A DNA stretch of 64,000 bases from an uncultured Candidatus Binatia bacterium (GTDB lineage Bacteria; Desulfobacterota; Binatia; UBA9968; CAXXLF01): contig OZ244621.1 in NCBI GenBank assembly GCA_965218425.1, positions 608,001 through 672,000 of the forward strand, in the 5' to 3' direction. The notes beneath the pieces were generated by a model. It searched no databases and was not told where the DNA came from. It was given only the letters and a program-made list of their open reading frames with translations. Positions 32,066 through 42,747 of the stretch are shown piece after piece. Positions within the stretch are counted from its first letter, which is position 1. Every line of letters starts with the position of its first letter. The position numbers and the translations under genes were made by a program.

Positions 32066-33175
32066 ATGGCGGGGAGAAGCAAGCATCTAGCAGGCAAAAA
32101 GATCGATCCAAAGCCGATCAATCCGTCGACTTCCATCATCGAGCTCGTGGATAACAACCTCATCTCTTATAATGGGGGTCGTCTAAGGGAAGCATGCCAG
32201 CTATTTAGTGAGAAGATCCTTCAGGACGACGTGACCGTTGGATTGAGTCTGAGCGGCGCTCTCACCCCAGCCGGGCTCGGCATTTCAGCCCTCATCCCCC
32301 TGATCGAAAATGGCTTCGTGGACTGGATGGTGAGCACGGGAGCCAACCTTTATCACGACACGCACTTTGCCATAGGGCTTGCGTTACACCGCGGCAGATT
32401 CGATGCCGACGACGTGGCGTTGAGAGAGGACGGTATCGTTCGGATCTACGACATCTTTTTCGACTACGACATCCTGATTTCCACGGATGAGTTCTTCCGC
32501 AAGATCGTGGCGGCCCCGGAATTTCAAAAAGAGATGAGCACCTCGGAATTTCACCATCTCGTGGGCAAGTATCTCACGGAGCGGGAGAAAGTCCTGGGAA
32601 CGGAAAAAAGGTCCCTTCTGGCTACGGCCTACCAATACGGGGTGCCCATCTACACTTCCTCCCCTGGAGACAGCTCCATCGGAATGAACGTTGCCGCCCT
32701 GGCCTTGAAAGGCAACAAGATGAAGTTCGACGTGTCCATGGACGTGAACGAGTCTGCGGCCATCGTGCTGGAGGCAAAGAGGGCCGGTGGCAAGAGTGCC
32801 GCAATGATACTAGGCGGAGGGTCACCGAAGAACTTTCTCCTGCAAACCGAGCCCCACATCCAAGAGGTCCTTGGTTTGGAAGAGCGAGGTTACGATTATT
32901 TTATTCAGCTAACGGACGCCCGTGCGGACACCGGAGGACTCTCGGGCGCCACACCCGGGGAAGCTGTGAGTTGGGGGAAGATCGACCCGGAGCAGTTGCC
33001 GGATTCCGTGGTCTGCTACACCGACTCAACCATTGGACTTCCCATTATGGCCGCCTACGCCCTGGCCAAGCACCCCCCGCGAAAGCCCAAACGGCTGTTC
33101 GAACAGAGAGCCGACATGCTCACAAGCATCGGCAAGGAGTTCAAAGAAAAGTTTGGAAAGATCAAGCTGAGATAG
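32066..33175 (+). CDS. Deoxyhypusine synthase-like protein (homospermidine biosynthesis type)
   Basis: [40 protein letters not shown]. Confidence 0.9.
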   Translation: MAGRSKHLAGKKIDPKPINPSTSIIELVDNNLISYNGGRLREACQLFSEKILQDDVTVGLSLSGALTPAGLGISALIPLIENGFVDWMVSTGANLYHDTHFAIGLALHRGRFDADDVALREDGIVRIYDIFFDYDILISTDEFFRKIVAAPEFQKEMSTSEFHHLVGKYLTEREKVLGTEKRSLLATAYQYGVPIYTSSPGDSSIGMNVAALALKGNKMKFDVSMDVNESAAIVLEAKRAGGKSAAMILGGGSPKNFLLQTEPHIQEVLGLEERGYDYFIQLTDARADTGGLSGATPGEAVSWGKIDPEQLPDSVVCYTDSTIGLPIMAAYALAKHPPRKPKRLFEQRADMLTSIGKEFKEKFGKIKLR

Positions 33176-33209
33176 CCGGTTTGCAAACTGATTCCTAATA
33201 TTGTCCGGC

Positions 33210-33809
33210 TCAAGTCTCTTTTGCCATCACTTTTTTTATCCGATTATAGTCCTCTTGCGTGTTCACGTTCGCAAACTCATCCCGAAAGCGATCCGGCGTG
33301 TCCACAAAGCGAACTCTGGCCTCTTCCAGTAAAAAATGCAGCGCGTAACGGCCCGCCTGTATGGACTCCTCCATGATGGGAAGGAAGCTCTTCTCATAAA
33401 TTCCAAGGAGAGGCTCCATCCCTCCTTGATGCCGCGCAATGACCGCGTCCACATGGGTGTCGTGGTTATCCAAAAGCCATTGGATCAGCGCCTCGGAGAC
33501 AAGAGGCATATCACAGGCGGTGACGAGAACTCCGCCCGGGAGGCGCCTCAAAGCCGTGGCGATGCCTCCGATGGGTCCGAGGCCCTCCTGGTCATCGTTA
33601 AGAATCATCATGGACCCGGGCCAGTCTCCCCGCTGTCCTTGTGCACGCACCGCTGCGAGCTTCTGGAAAGGAAAATTTCGCAGGGTTTTCACCAGACGGT
33701 CCAGGACCCTTTGACCTGAGAACGCCATCTCCGCCTTGTCCCTGCCAAAGCGAGAGCTCTTCCCCCCTGCCAGAATCACGGCGCTAAGACGAGCTGCCGA
33801 ATCTTTCAC
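33210..33809 (-). CDS. mobA: Molybdenum cofactor guanylyltransferase
   Basis: ILAGGKSSRFGRDKA, GPIGG, ACDMP, NVNT; GTG start with GGAGG RBS. Confidence 0.93.
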   Translation of the reverse strand: MKDSAARLSAVILAGGKSSRFGRDKAEMAFSGQRVLDRLVKTLRNFPFQKLAAVRAQGQRGDWPGSMMILNDDQEGLGPIGGIATALRRLPGGVLVTACDMPLVSEALIQWLLDNHDTHVDAVIARHQGGMEPLLGIYEKSFLPIMEESIQAGRYALHFLLEEARVRFVDTPDRFRDEFANVNTQEDYNRIKKVMAKET

Positions 33810-34254
33810 GAAACTCCTCCAATGCCTCACGGAAACGCTCGGGTTCGTTTCTTGATACCGACAATTTATAAAGGGCATAACGTTGGAAGGCGTCACACCG
33901 GGCCCATTCTTCAGATGACACGGACTTACCCAAACCTTTGCTGCGATCGAGAACCGTTGCGGGAGGTTGACCGGTATCCTCCCAGGGCGGATTGGACGGC
34001 GGCGAAAACAGCTCCGGTTCCTCGCCTTTGTATTTGCGCACGAGAACGAGAAGATAGGCAATAAAGTTCCCTCCCCCTTCCTCCGCCTCCACCGGCAAGT
34101 TGCACAGGGCCCACCGCTCTTCCAGGGTAAAAGCTCCCCAGTCTTTGAGCGAGATCTTGGCCCCGGTTAAATCCAGCTTCATACGCACTTCTAGAGGCAT
34201 ACGGTCCAGCGACTCGTAAACCTCCGATTCAAAGCCATAGCGGTTAAACATCAC
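33784..34254 (-). CDS. Nitrate-reductase-associated (NarM-like) protein
   Basis: FE..SL..MP..VR.KLD..G.K..L..W and FQRYALYKL patterns. Confidence 0.75.
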   Translation of the reverse strand: MMFNRYGFESEVYESLDRMPLEVRMKLDLTGAKISLKDWGAFTLEERWALCNLPVEAEEGGGNFIAYLLVLVRKYKGEEPELFSPPSNPPWEDTGQPPATVLDRSKGLGKSVSSEEWARCDAFQRYALYKLSVSRNEPERFREALEEFRERFGSSS

Positions 34255-34322
34255 GCCGCCGTATGGATCGAATCGATTTCAAGGAACTCATACTTAAGCA
34301 ACCGCAAAGCATGCGAGCCCTC

Positions 34323-35558
34323 TCAATTTCCCTCCTGTGAGTTGGGGGACCTCCTGACCTGCCAGACATTAGCCGTAGATGCGACAAAACATAACATGGC
34401 CACGAGAAAGGCCATAAAATAACTATTGGTGGCATCATGAATGAACCCGCCAAGCCAGGCCCCGAACGCCCCGCCAACCCCTATGCTCATGGTAAAGTAC
34501 CCATAAATGGCCCCGAAGCTCTTTCCCAGGAAGAGGTCGGCGGAAATGGTTGAGAGGACCAGGGCGCGGGAGCCCTGCCCTAGACCGTAAAAAACGGCAT
34601 AGGCATAGAGAAGCGCCGGGAACGATTGATCATGGACAGACATAAGGGACGCGATACCCAGTGTCGATACGACCTGCACCATGGTAAAGACACTCTCACC
34701 TCTCATGCGGTCGGCGAGGGAGCCGAATAAAACCCTGCCGAAGACGCTGATCACTCCCATGAGCCCGAAGATGGACGCCGCGAAAAGCTTTGAGAATCCT
34801 GCGTCCACGGCATGTGCAATTTGATGGGTTATGACGATTTGATTGCCCATGCTCGCTAACACGCGGGAACTGAACAGAAGCCAGAAAGGGAGCGACGTGA
34901 GAGCCTGCTTGACGGTCCAATCGGCTTCTCTTCCGTCTGCTTTCGCCGACTGAACCGACTGACCCGACTTCGGAGCAAGAATAAACCATGCAGGGGGAAC
35001 CACCGACAAAGCGGTGACGCACCCCAATACCGCGTAAGCGGTGGGCCACCCCCAACCGTCGATCATGATCTGCGCGAGGGGCACCAGCAGCAACATCCCC
35101 AGCCCACCCCCCGCATAGGCCAAACCCAGCACCGCGCCGCGATGCCTGGTAAATTCGCGGGCCAGCATGGCCACATGGGGCACCATGCCGATCAACCCCA
35201 AGCCCAGGGAGACCACCAGGCCTAACCAAAGGTAGAGTTGCCAAAGGGAGGAAATGGTTGCGCTGAAACCGAGACCGAGGGCAAGTATGGATCCACCGAC
35301 CACCAGGGTCCTGCGCGGTCCGAGACGATCCGTCAGGGATCCGACGAAGGGGAACGAGATCCCCTCAAAAACGATGGAGAGGGATATGGCGCCGGCCGTA
35401 GCGGCGCGGGACCAACCAAAAGCCTCCAGCAGAGCAACGTAAAAGACGCCATAGGTGCCGCGGATACCCCTGGCAACACCGAGATGTACAAAGGAGGCGC
35501 CGATGAGGGCGAGCCTTTTAATACGAGCGGAGAAATCCGTGCTGTTCACTTCCTGCAC
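34323..35558 (-). CDS. MFS transporter
   Basis: GSLTDRLGPRR and GSLADR motifs; multiple TM-like segments. Confidence 0.9.
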   Translation of the reverse strand: MQEVNSTDFSARIKRLALIGASFVHLGVARGIRGTYGVFYVALLEAFGWSRAATAGAISLSIVFEGISFPFVGSLTDRLGPRRTLVVGGSILALGLGFSATISSLWQLYLWLGLVVSLGLGLIGMVPHVAMLAREFTRHRGAVLGLAYAGGGLGMLLLVPLAQIMIDGWGWPTAYAVLGCVTALSVVPPAWFILAPKSGQSVQSAKADGREADWTVKQALTSLPFWLLFSSRVLASMGNQIVITHQIAHAVDAGFSKLFAASIFGLMGVISVFGRVLFGSLADRMRGESVFTMVQVVSTLGIASLMSVHDQSFPALLYAYAVFYGLGQGSRALVLSTISADLFLGKSFGAIYGYFTMSIGVGGAFGAWLGGFIHDATNSYFMAFLVAMLCFVASTANVWQVRRSPNSQEGN

Positions 35559-35755
35559 ACTATTATTTCATGGGGCGGAGTCATTCAAGGGATGAATCCT
35601 GATCCCATTCTATCCCTGGGCGCGGCTGAAGTGGATCGGATGAAAGATTTATGCCGCCGGCTCAATAAAGAACGGAAATCGGGAGCGGAGGTCAGATCGT
35701 CGCAGGAGTCCGCCCTTAATCAATGATAGAGCGGTTTTATTTTCAAGCAACCCTA

Positions 35756-36793
35756 TTAGAACCTTCGCTTCATGCGGAGGTATTTGTAGCGATCGGAGCT
35801 ACGAACGGGAATACTTCGAATCCGGGCTCCCCTGAGCACATTGAGCGACACCTCTACACCGGCATAACCTTTGGACCATACCTTGCGATAGAAATCGGCC
35901 AGACTTTCCACCGCCTCCCCGGCTACTCCCACAATCATGTCACCGCGCCTGATCCCCGCTTGATGGGCCGGACCGTTCGGGGTGATTCTCAAAACCACGA
36001 TCCGGCCGCCCAGCTCCTGCGTATACATTCCCAGCCAGGGCCTGGAAGGCTCGGAAGAACGTCCTTGGGCAATCAGGTCCGCGAGTATCGGCTTGAGTTG
36101 ATCAATGGGGATGAACATGTTTCCCGCAATGGGACCGTGAGCGGGCAACACATCCTGGAGGAAGAGAGAGCCGATGCCGAGCAGTCTTCCTCTTCGTCCG
36201 ATGAGAGCGGCGCCGCCGAAGTTAGGATGGGGCGGGGTGGTGTAGATGGCATCTTCCAGGAGGTACTCCCAGGAGCCGGCAAACTCTCGTCGCGCCGCCA
36301 CGAACGCCCCTTGTACGGAGCCGGCCCCCCCATGGCTGGCCACCAACACCCCGTCACGCAACTTCAATTTGGAAGATTCTCCGAATTGCATGGGTTTCGC
36401 TTTCAGGGCCTTTTGCGCCCTTAAAAGACCGAAGCCGGTATTGTGATCGTATCCGACCACTCGAGCGTCCTTGGGTTTACCGTCCGGACCGAGTACCTCG
36501 GCCTTGGCCGCTTCAAGGATCAAGTAGCCAACCGTCAGCACCAACCCCCCCGAATCGATTACGACTCCGCTCCCTTCGCGCCGTGTTCCCAGCGATCGCG
36601 CGGTAAGGGCGTCCGCGGGGACCTCCGAGCTGACCTTTACAACGGCTCTGAGAATCTCATCCGGCGTCGGAGCGGCTTGGACAGGCGCCGACAGGAAGAA
36701 CAGACCGGCCCATACAACTGTCAATCGTCCATAAATCACAACGTGCCCCGCAAAATCAGCGAACCGTAATCCCCGTGGGAGATCTCCATTCAC
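35756..36793 (-). CDS. S1C trypsin-like + PDZ protein with non-canonical catalytic residues
   Basis: GSGVVID, LTVGYLI, PNFGGAAL, RPWLG + PDZ. Confidence 0.85.
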   Translation of the reverse strand: MNGDLPRGLRFADFAGHVVIYGRLTVVWAGLFFLSAPVQAAPTPDEILRAVVKVSSEVPADALTARSLGTRREGSGVVIDSGGLVLTVGYLILEAAKAEVLGPDGKPKDARVVGYDHNTGFGLLRAQKALKAKPMQFGESSKLKLRDGVLVASHGGAGSVQGAFVAARREFAGSWEYLLEDAIYTTPPHPNFGGAALIGRRGRLLGIGSLFLQDVLPAHGPIAGNMFIPIDQLKPILADLIAQGRSSEPSRPWLGMYTQELGGRIVVLRITPNGPAHQAGIRRGDMIVGVAGEAVESLADFYRKVWSKGYAGVEVSLNVLRGARIRSIPVRSSDRYKYLRMKRRF

Positions 36794-37188
36794 GGGCCGT
36801 ACTTTTCTTTCAGCGCGTTGAAACCATCCACCCGCTCCGGAACAAGCTCGCCGCCCCGGTCGTACATCCCGAAAAACACCATGAGAAGCGGTTCGCTTCC
36901 CTTCCCCAACAGCCTCAGACTAAAAGCGTCCCGCTCCTTATCGTGAACGTCCGGCTCCCGCACAAACCGGAGCTCTTCCACCTCAGCAACGTTCAAATGA
37001 CAATGCCAGGCGCCGCTTTCCACCGCCAGCCAATCGCCTTTGAGATAAACTTGGAGCTCCTTGGCCTGCACCCACCCCTCCATCACGGCCTGCGGCCCCT
37101 TCCCCATGACCAACAGCGCTCCGGGAAGCTTTGTCGCCTCATCCACCACCGCCGCGATTTTTTGATTTTCTTCTTGATCCCTTGACAC
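36790..37188 (-). CDS. Hypothetical protein, possibly HemS/HutX-like fold
   Basis: AVMEG...WHCHLN...FSLRLL...LMVFF pattern; stop overlaps the next start; start inferred. Confidence 0.5.
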   Translation of the reverse strand: MSRDQEENQKIAAVVDEATKLPGALLVMGKGPQAVMEGWVQAKELQVYLKGDWLAVESGAWHCHLNVAEVEELRFVREPDVHDKERDAFSLRLLGKGSEPLLMVFFGMYDRGGELVPERVDGFNALKEKYGP

Positions 37189-37479
37189 GGAACCGGCCTC
37201 TTGGCTCAAGCGTAGTCCCGCCAACATAGCGCTGTCAATCCCGGTGTGAACAGCCTTCCCATTCGAAGAATCCCAACTTGCGACAATGGGCAAGGAAAAA
37301 AACAGGGGCGGCGGACTGAGGGGGCCATGCGACCTGGGAACCGAACACACCGCAGAGCTGACCCGCCCCTTCCCCCTCACCGACTCTTTGATTGACCGAC
37401 GGATTTTGCTACAAGCAATTACCGCCCCGGGCATCCATTTTGAGGCCGGCATATTGATGAGCCGGCGCGGGGAACATTC

Positions 37480-38568
37480 ATGAACGGAACCATGAAGGCA
37501 GGCCGGTTCCACGGCAGCGGACAACCCATTCGGATTGAGGAGATCCCTATTCCCGACATCCGGCGCAACGAAGTGCTCCTGCGCGTGCGACGCGCCGGGA
37601 CAAACGGCGGAGACGTTCACCTGAGGCGGGGTCTCTACGACAAGTACATACCCGTCGTGCCCCTGACCATCGGACATGAGGGCCTTGGGGAAGTGGTGGA
37701 AGCAGGCCCCGAAGCCACCGGGGTGAAGGTCGGCGACCGGGTGATCGTCAGACCGAACCTGACCTGCGGGTTCTGCAAGTTTTGCCGTTCAGAGCGCGAG
37801 CATCGGTGTATCCGTCGCCAGGTCATCGGCTGGCTCAGCCGCCCGGAGCCTCTCAACCCCCGCTGTGTCGACGGCATGTGGGCCGAATACTGCCGCATCC
37901 CCGACACCAACGTGCACCGTCTCGAGCCCGAGGACGACATCGAGAGGTATTCCTTTGTCTCGGTCATCGCGGTTGGATATCGGGCCTTGAAACGGGCCGG
38001 GATGAGTCCCGGCGATACCGTGGTGATTAACGGCGCCACCGGGGTAACGGGCGTCCCCGCCGTGCTGGCGGCCATGACGCTGGGCGCGGCGCATGTCATC
38101 GCCGTCGCGCGAAACGAGTCGCGGCTACGAAAGCTTAGAGAATTGGACCCGGACAGGATCTCTATCGTTTCGACCGGCGATGGGTACGTCGCCGAAAGCA
38201 TCTTGGAGCTTACCGGGAATCAGGGCGCGAGCGTGGTGGTGGATCTGGTGCCCGACACGAACGAGAGCTTGATGGAATGTATCCGCGCCCTCGAACCCTG
38301 CGGGCGAGTCGCCTTGCTTGCCGCAAAGAACGAGCCCGTCCAGCTGACCTACCACGACTTTTTGCTGCGAAGCGTGGAGATCGTCAGCTCCAATGGACGA
38401 AACTACCAGGACATCGCTGAATTGGTGGAATTGACAAGGCACGGGGTCATCGACCCGACGGTCATCACGCCGTTATTTTTCTCGCTGGAACAAGTCAACG
38501 AAGCGATCGACGCGGTGGACCGCCGCATCACGCCCGAGCCGTGCTGGCCGATGCTGCGGATTGACTGA
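37480..38568 (+). CDS. Zn-dependent medium-chain alcohol dehydrogenase family protein
   Basis: GHEGLGEV, CGFCKFC...C, GATGVTG. Confidence 0.9.
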   Translation: MNGTMKAGRFHGSGQPIRIEEIPIPDIRRNEVLLRVRRAGTNGGDVHLRRGLYDKYIPVVPLTIGHEGLGEVVEAGPEATGVKVGDRVIVRPNLTCGFCKFCRSEREHRCIRRQVIGWLSRPEPLNPRCVDGMWAEYCRIPDTNVHRLEPEDDIERYSFVSVIAVGYRALKRAGMSPGDTVVINGATGVTGVPAVLAAMTLGAAHVIAVARNESRLRKLRELDPDRISIVSTGDGYVAESILELTGNQGASVVVDLVPDTNESLMECIRALEPCGRVALLAAKNEPVQLTYHDFLLRSVEIVSSNGRNYQDIAELVELTRHGVIDPTVITPLFFSLEQVNEAIDAVDRRITPEPCWPMLRID

Positions 38569-38914
38569 AGAGGAAGACGAGCCGCGGCATGATCAAGCGG
38601 CTACGGGGTTTAATCTGACCGCTATATCGGCTTCGCACGGGAGAGGTCAGAGTTTTCTACGATGTATCAGCGCCCGCTCGGGACCGTCCACGATAGACCG
38701 CCATGCGGCGCCGCGTGCCGGTACCTATCGCGGTGAACGGCGCCGGCTCGTCTCCGGCCGCCGGAAGGCCGGTTATTCACAGTTTAAAGCGGCCTAAAAG
38801 GGCCTTTAAAGGCCGGTTATCGAGCCCTGAACGCCCCGTAAAATCCGGCCGGTTTCCGGCCCATTTCCAATTATTTCCGTCCGCCTACACCGATATTTAA
38901 GCCGTGATGCCGGA

Positions 38915-39047
38915 GTCATGAGCCGTGGGTTGCGACAATTAGAAGACCGTCTTCTAAAGGACAGAGATTTACACAAGAGAACTGGTACGATACAAGCTGA
39001 AATCCGAAAGGGAACGAAACCCAGAATAGCAAAAAGGCATGCCTGCC
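38915..39047 (+). repeat. Repeat family X, copy E (apparent RAYT-transposase 3' end)
   Basis: GAGCCGTGGGTTG..CAATTAGA..ATCCGAAAGGGAA.GAAACCC.GAATAGCAAAAAGGCA, shared with four other copies. Confidence 0.8.
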
Positions 39048-39146
39048 CTCAATTATTATTGAATGATTTTAAACAGTTTGATAGATACTTACTTTTTTAG
39101 ATAATTTATTCTTGACAAGTCTCGAAATATAGACTATGCATGAAAT

Positions 39147-41744
39147 ATGCTTAATAAGCGACACTCGTCGGCTAACCAAATTGTTAGCGTCATAGATACC
39201 GAGCGCCTGCGCGCCGGTCCTGCCTCCGCCTTCGAGCGGGATCCCTCTCGGTTTCTGCCTCAGACGTACCCGACCGAGGACATTCACCGGATGCTGCGTT
39301 GTTTGAGCGGGAGATTCGACCGGTACCTTTCGCTCGGTAACGAGTATCCGGGTCTTATCTTGGCGGAAGGCGTTAAAGGTCAAGGCAAGTCGCACGCGCT
39401 GGTTTTGGCGTATCATCTCTTTGGGAATGCCGAGCCCGCAAGTGGCTGGATGGAATCACATGGATATTCGTGGTCTCCCCCCGCCGATGGAATTGTGATC
39501 GTTGAAAAGTTTACTGACCAGTACCTGCCGTTCGATTCGCTTTGGACATACATCGGCCAAAAGATTGGCGCAAAGTGGTCTCAGGATCACGCTCCGTCCC
39601 TCGTCGAGTTTCGAACCGCGCTAGCGAACCGACACATCGTGCTTATCTTCGACGAGCTTGAACGGGGCATCACAAACATCAGTGATTCCGCCAGGCGCAG
39701 CCAAAATCTCAGCTTTCTCCAGATGCTCTCGGAAGAGGCCAATCGGGGCCGCAGTGTTACCCTGATTGCAGCGATTTATAACGGGGCCGTTGAACCGGGT
39801 CTCACGTTGAAGCGAATCCCTCGGCTGGAGCTTCGGTTTCAAAAAACAGAGGACCGCGCGGCAATAGTTCGGCACCGACTTTTTTCCAACGCTGATTCCT
39901 ATGATCGTAAGGCCGCTGAAAATCTTATTCAATCCTACGTAAACACGTGGCGCCGGATGGGAGTGCAGATGAGCGACGATTATCTCGCCCGTCTGAGATC
40001 CTCTTTTCCATTTTTACCGGAGCTCATCGACCTCATTTTTGAGCGAATGGGAGGAGGAGAGGCCTTCCAAGGGACGCGAGGCGCGTTAGGGCTACTCGGA
40101 GCGATGGTGGACGCGTCGGTCAAAGAACCGGGACTGCTTACGGCCGCCCATTGTAAGCTGACCAATGTCACCTGCGCCAACCGGCTGCAAGATTTGGATC
40201 CGCCGGGTACAACCATCGCCTGTGCAAGCGGTAATCTTCGCGAATTGGCAAATCAGCCTTATGCCGAGGCGATCGCCTCGGCCACGTTGCTCGCGAGCCT
40301 TGTCCCGGGAGGGGTCCGGGGGCTTTCTAAAGAGGAGCTGATTCGCCACGTGGCAGAGCCGGGATACGATCCCAACCAGTTTGAAGCCACACTTGAAACG
40401 TTTCGCCGGTATGGCTCGTATTTTCATAGAGAAGAGAACCGATTCTATTTCGATATCGAGGAAAACGAGGAAGCAAAGGTCGAGCTTGAGGCATACCGAT
40501 CCGGCAACGACGAAGCCGCGCGCCGGCAGATCGCCGACCTTTGGCTCAGAGACATGTTCAAGGAGTCGCAGCAGGCTGTAATCCTTGCCGACCTTGAGAC
40601 AACCCGGGGAGCTTTGAGCGGCATGTCGAAGAGAGGACCCCGATTTGTGCTCGCCCCTCGCCGCTTGTCGAACCCCGAACGAAATGAGTTGTATCAAGGC
40701 GCAGACTACCGGAATCAGATCCTTTTGCTTGAACCGCGGGATGACCAGGCGGGCCACATGAACAATCCCGACCTGTTGTCTGCCGCAAAACGATTTGCTG
40801 CGGCCACGAGTCTTGCCGGTACGGCCCGAACCGCTGAACGCCGGGACCGGTACGAGAAAATCACGGTCCGCGAGCGAAAGCTTATCCTGGATGCCCTCAA
40901 GCAGGCAGGACTCGTTTATATCCGGGTCGAGCGTCGGGAGGAGAACATCGAGGAAACCGTGTTCGAGGTCGAGCCCCTCGGCCAATCCTCTACCCGTGAA
41001 GACGTAGTTAATTTTCTCCGTACGCAGGTGTACACCCGGACTTATTTCGCCGAGCACATGCGCGAGCGGCTGACGAACCTTATGGGGCAATCGGTTGAGC
41101 AGGTTGACCGCCTCTATCGCACCACGCTCGGATATCCGGCCCCGCTTAAAGAGGACATGGTAGCCGCAGCGCTACGGTCTCTGGTCGAAGACGGAGAAAC
41201 CCGCCCCCTCGGCTTGATCGGACCCAGGGGGCGTAGCTATTGCGGGCAGTTTGTGGACTTGACGCCCCCCGAATTGGACGAGGCCATACTCAGCGAGCCC
41301 TGGCATGAGACCAAGACTACTCCTCCGACATCGCAACCAATTCCGCAGCCGGGCCCTACTCCCCCTCAAACCCCGTCGCCGACACCGCCGATCACACCAC
41401 CTGGCTTTGAGGGCGAGGAAGTTGGCACGCCCTCTTATCGTTCTCCGGGTGAATTACGGCAACAAATAGCCGGGCGACTCGCTGACATGTCCGACGGTCA
41501 AGTGCAGAAAGTAAGTTTCCGTATCCTGGCAAACGCCCAGGACGTGGAATTATCCGGGTACAGTTCGGGTGTACGGGGTGCCCTCAGCGGAAAGGGCACG
41601 GTCGACGTTCAAATTGAGCTGACATTTCCCGGTCCTATTACAAAGGCTGAGGTTGAGGCAAAGTGCGAGCAACTACCTCAGGTCCCGTCCGGGTCGTATT
41701 CTGGGCGGCTTCGCGTGTTGCGTAAACGAGGCGAGCAAAGATGA
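39147..41744 (+). CDS. DUF499/BrxC-like AAA+ ATPase
   Basis: Walker A GVKGQGKSH, Walker B LIFDE, SFPFLPELID, FQGTRG; Pro-rich linker before a C-terminal domain. Confidence 0.8.
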   Translation: MLNKRHSSANQIVSVIDTERLRAGPASAFERDPSRFLPQTYPTEDIHRMLRCLSGRFDRYLSLGNEYPGLILAEGVKGQGKSHALVLAYHLFGNAEPASGWMESHGYSWSPPADGIVIVEKFTDQYLPFDSLWTYIGQKIGAKWSQDHAPSLVEFRTALANRHIVLIFDELERGITNISDSARRSQNLSFLQMLSEEANRGRSVTLIAAIYNGAVEPGLTLKRIPRLELRFQKTEDRAAIVRHRLFSNADSYDRKAAENLIQSYVNTWRRMGVQMSDDYLARLRSSFPFLPELIDLIFERMGGGEAFQGTRGALGLLGAMVDASVKEPGLLTAAHCKLTNVTCANRLQDLDPPGTTIACASGNLRELANQPYAEAIASATLLASLVPGGVRGLSKEELIRHVAEPGYDPNQFEATLETFRRYGSYFHREENRFYFDIEENEEAKVELEAYRSGNDEAARRQIADLWLRDMFKESQQAVILADLETTRGALSGMSKRGPRFVLAPRRLSNPERNELYQGADYRNQILLLEPRDDQAGHMNNPDLLSAAKRFAAATSLAGTARTAERRDRYEKITVRERKLILDALKQAGLVYIRVERREENIEETVFEVEPLGQSSTREDVVNFLRTQVYTRTYFAEHMRERLTNLMGQSVEQVDRLYRTTLGYPAPLKEDMVAAALRSLVEDGETRPLGLIGPRGRSYCGQFVDLTPPELDEAILSEPWHETKTTPPTSQPIPQPGPTPPQTPSPTPPITPPGFEGEEVGTPSYRSPGELRQQIAGRLADMSDGQVQKVSFRILANAQDVELSGYSSGVRGALSGKGTVDVQIELTFPGPITKAEVEAKCEQLPQVPSGSYSGRLRVLRKRGEQR

Positions 41745-42742
41745 ACCGGGCAAACTACGGATTGGACCGAACTCTGTTAAACGAGCTGACTCAGCCGGGA
41801 TTCCGGTTGCCGCCGCTTACTAACTGGCTGATGACCGACGTGTGGACGATGGATCGGTACCGGGGAGTGGGTGAAAAGCCGGCCGATTACTTGATAGAGG
41901 GAGAACGTCTGGTCCATCACCGGGAGACGCTTCTCACCCTGGCCGGAGATTCCCTCTACGATGAGCTTGCATCACCGCCGATCATGAACCGGTCCGTCAA
42001 AGCGTTTTTAGATCAATATCCGGGAGGGTCCGTAGTCATTCTTGACGGATGCTCGATTCGGGAGCTGCCTCGACTCGTTCAATTGGCGGCATCCTCCGGC
42101 CGACCTGTCCTGGAACGAAGTTATGGCTTTGCCGCCGTCCCGAGCGAGACGGAGATGTTCATTGGTCAAAGAATGGGGCTTGGCCTTCCGGCAATTTCTC
42201 CTTCCACTCTCCCTGGCCGGCGAGAGCTGCGGGAACAGGGTATCAAAGCGATTTGGCAGAGGCAGCCGACTCAACGGCTGAGAGTCGAGGACGGTCAAGA
42301 AGCTTTATTGCTATGGGCCCGATTCCCGGACATGCGGTTCATGGATGCGGCGGCGTCCACGGCCGCATTGTTCGATTCTATCTGGGATATGCTGGAGACT
42401 GTCTGGATGCGAACCGTTCAAGTAATGCCGGCGTCACGGCCGGTATTGGTAACAAGCGATCACGGATACATATTTCTCGGCGCCGCCCTGAGCGACCCCA
42501 GGCTAAAGGGAGTCGATAGACCCCTTGAAGGTAAGCGCTACCGTGAGTTTCCCCCTCAAGAAGAGCTGCCTCAGAGAAAACCGGGCCTGTGGGTTGATCC
42601 GGGGCGGCGATTGGCAGTGGTGGCCGGTCGGGCCCACAATCGCCCGCAAGCGCCTTCGCCGAGCAACTCCGTTTACAGGCATGGGGGACTCAGCCTTATG
42701 GAAATGGTGACCCCTTGGTTGGTACTTGGTCCAAAGGAGTAA
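41741..42742 (+). CDS. Stand-alone PglZ-like alkaline-phosphatase-superfamily protein
   Basis: VILDGCS, PSET, VTSDHG, HGGLSLMEMVTPW; ATGA overlap with the ATPase. Confidence 0.85.
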   Translation: MNRANYGLDRTLLNELTQPGFRLPPLTNWLMTDVWTMDRYRGVGEKPADYLIEGERLVHHRETLLTLAGDSLYDELASPPIMNRSVKAFLDQYPGGSVVILDGCSIRELPRLVQLAASSGRPVLERSYGFAAVPSETEMFIGQRMGLGLPAISPSTLPGRRELREQGIKAIWQRQPTQRLRVEDGQEALLLWARFPDMRFMDAAASTAALFDSIWDMLETVWMRTVQVMPASRPVLVTSDHGYIFLGAALSDPRLKGVDRPLEGKRYREFPPQEELPQRKPGLWVDPGRRLAVVAGRAHNRPQAPSPSNSVYRHGGLSLMEMVTPWLVLGPKE

Positions 42743-42747
42743 GGGCT

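Noticed and set aside
40092..41090. Long antisense ORFs (e.g. 40092..41090, 47062..47982, 55075..55962) and the same-strand alternative frame 3796..4776
   Set aside because: Shadow frames of well-supported genes, with no recognisable motifs.
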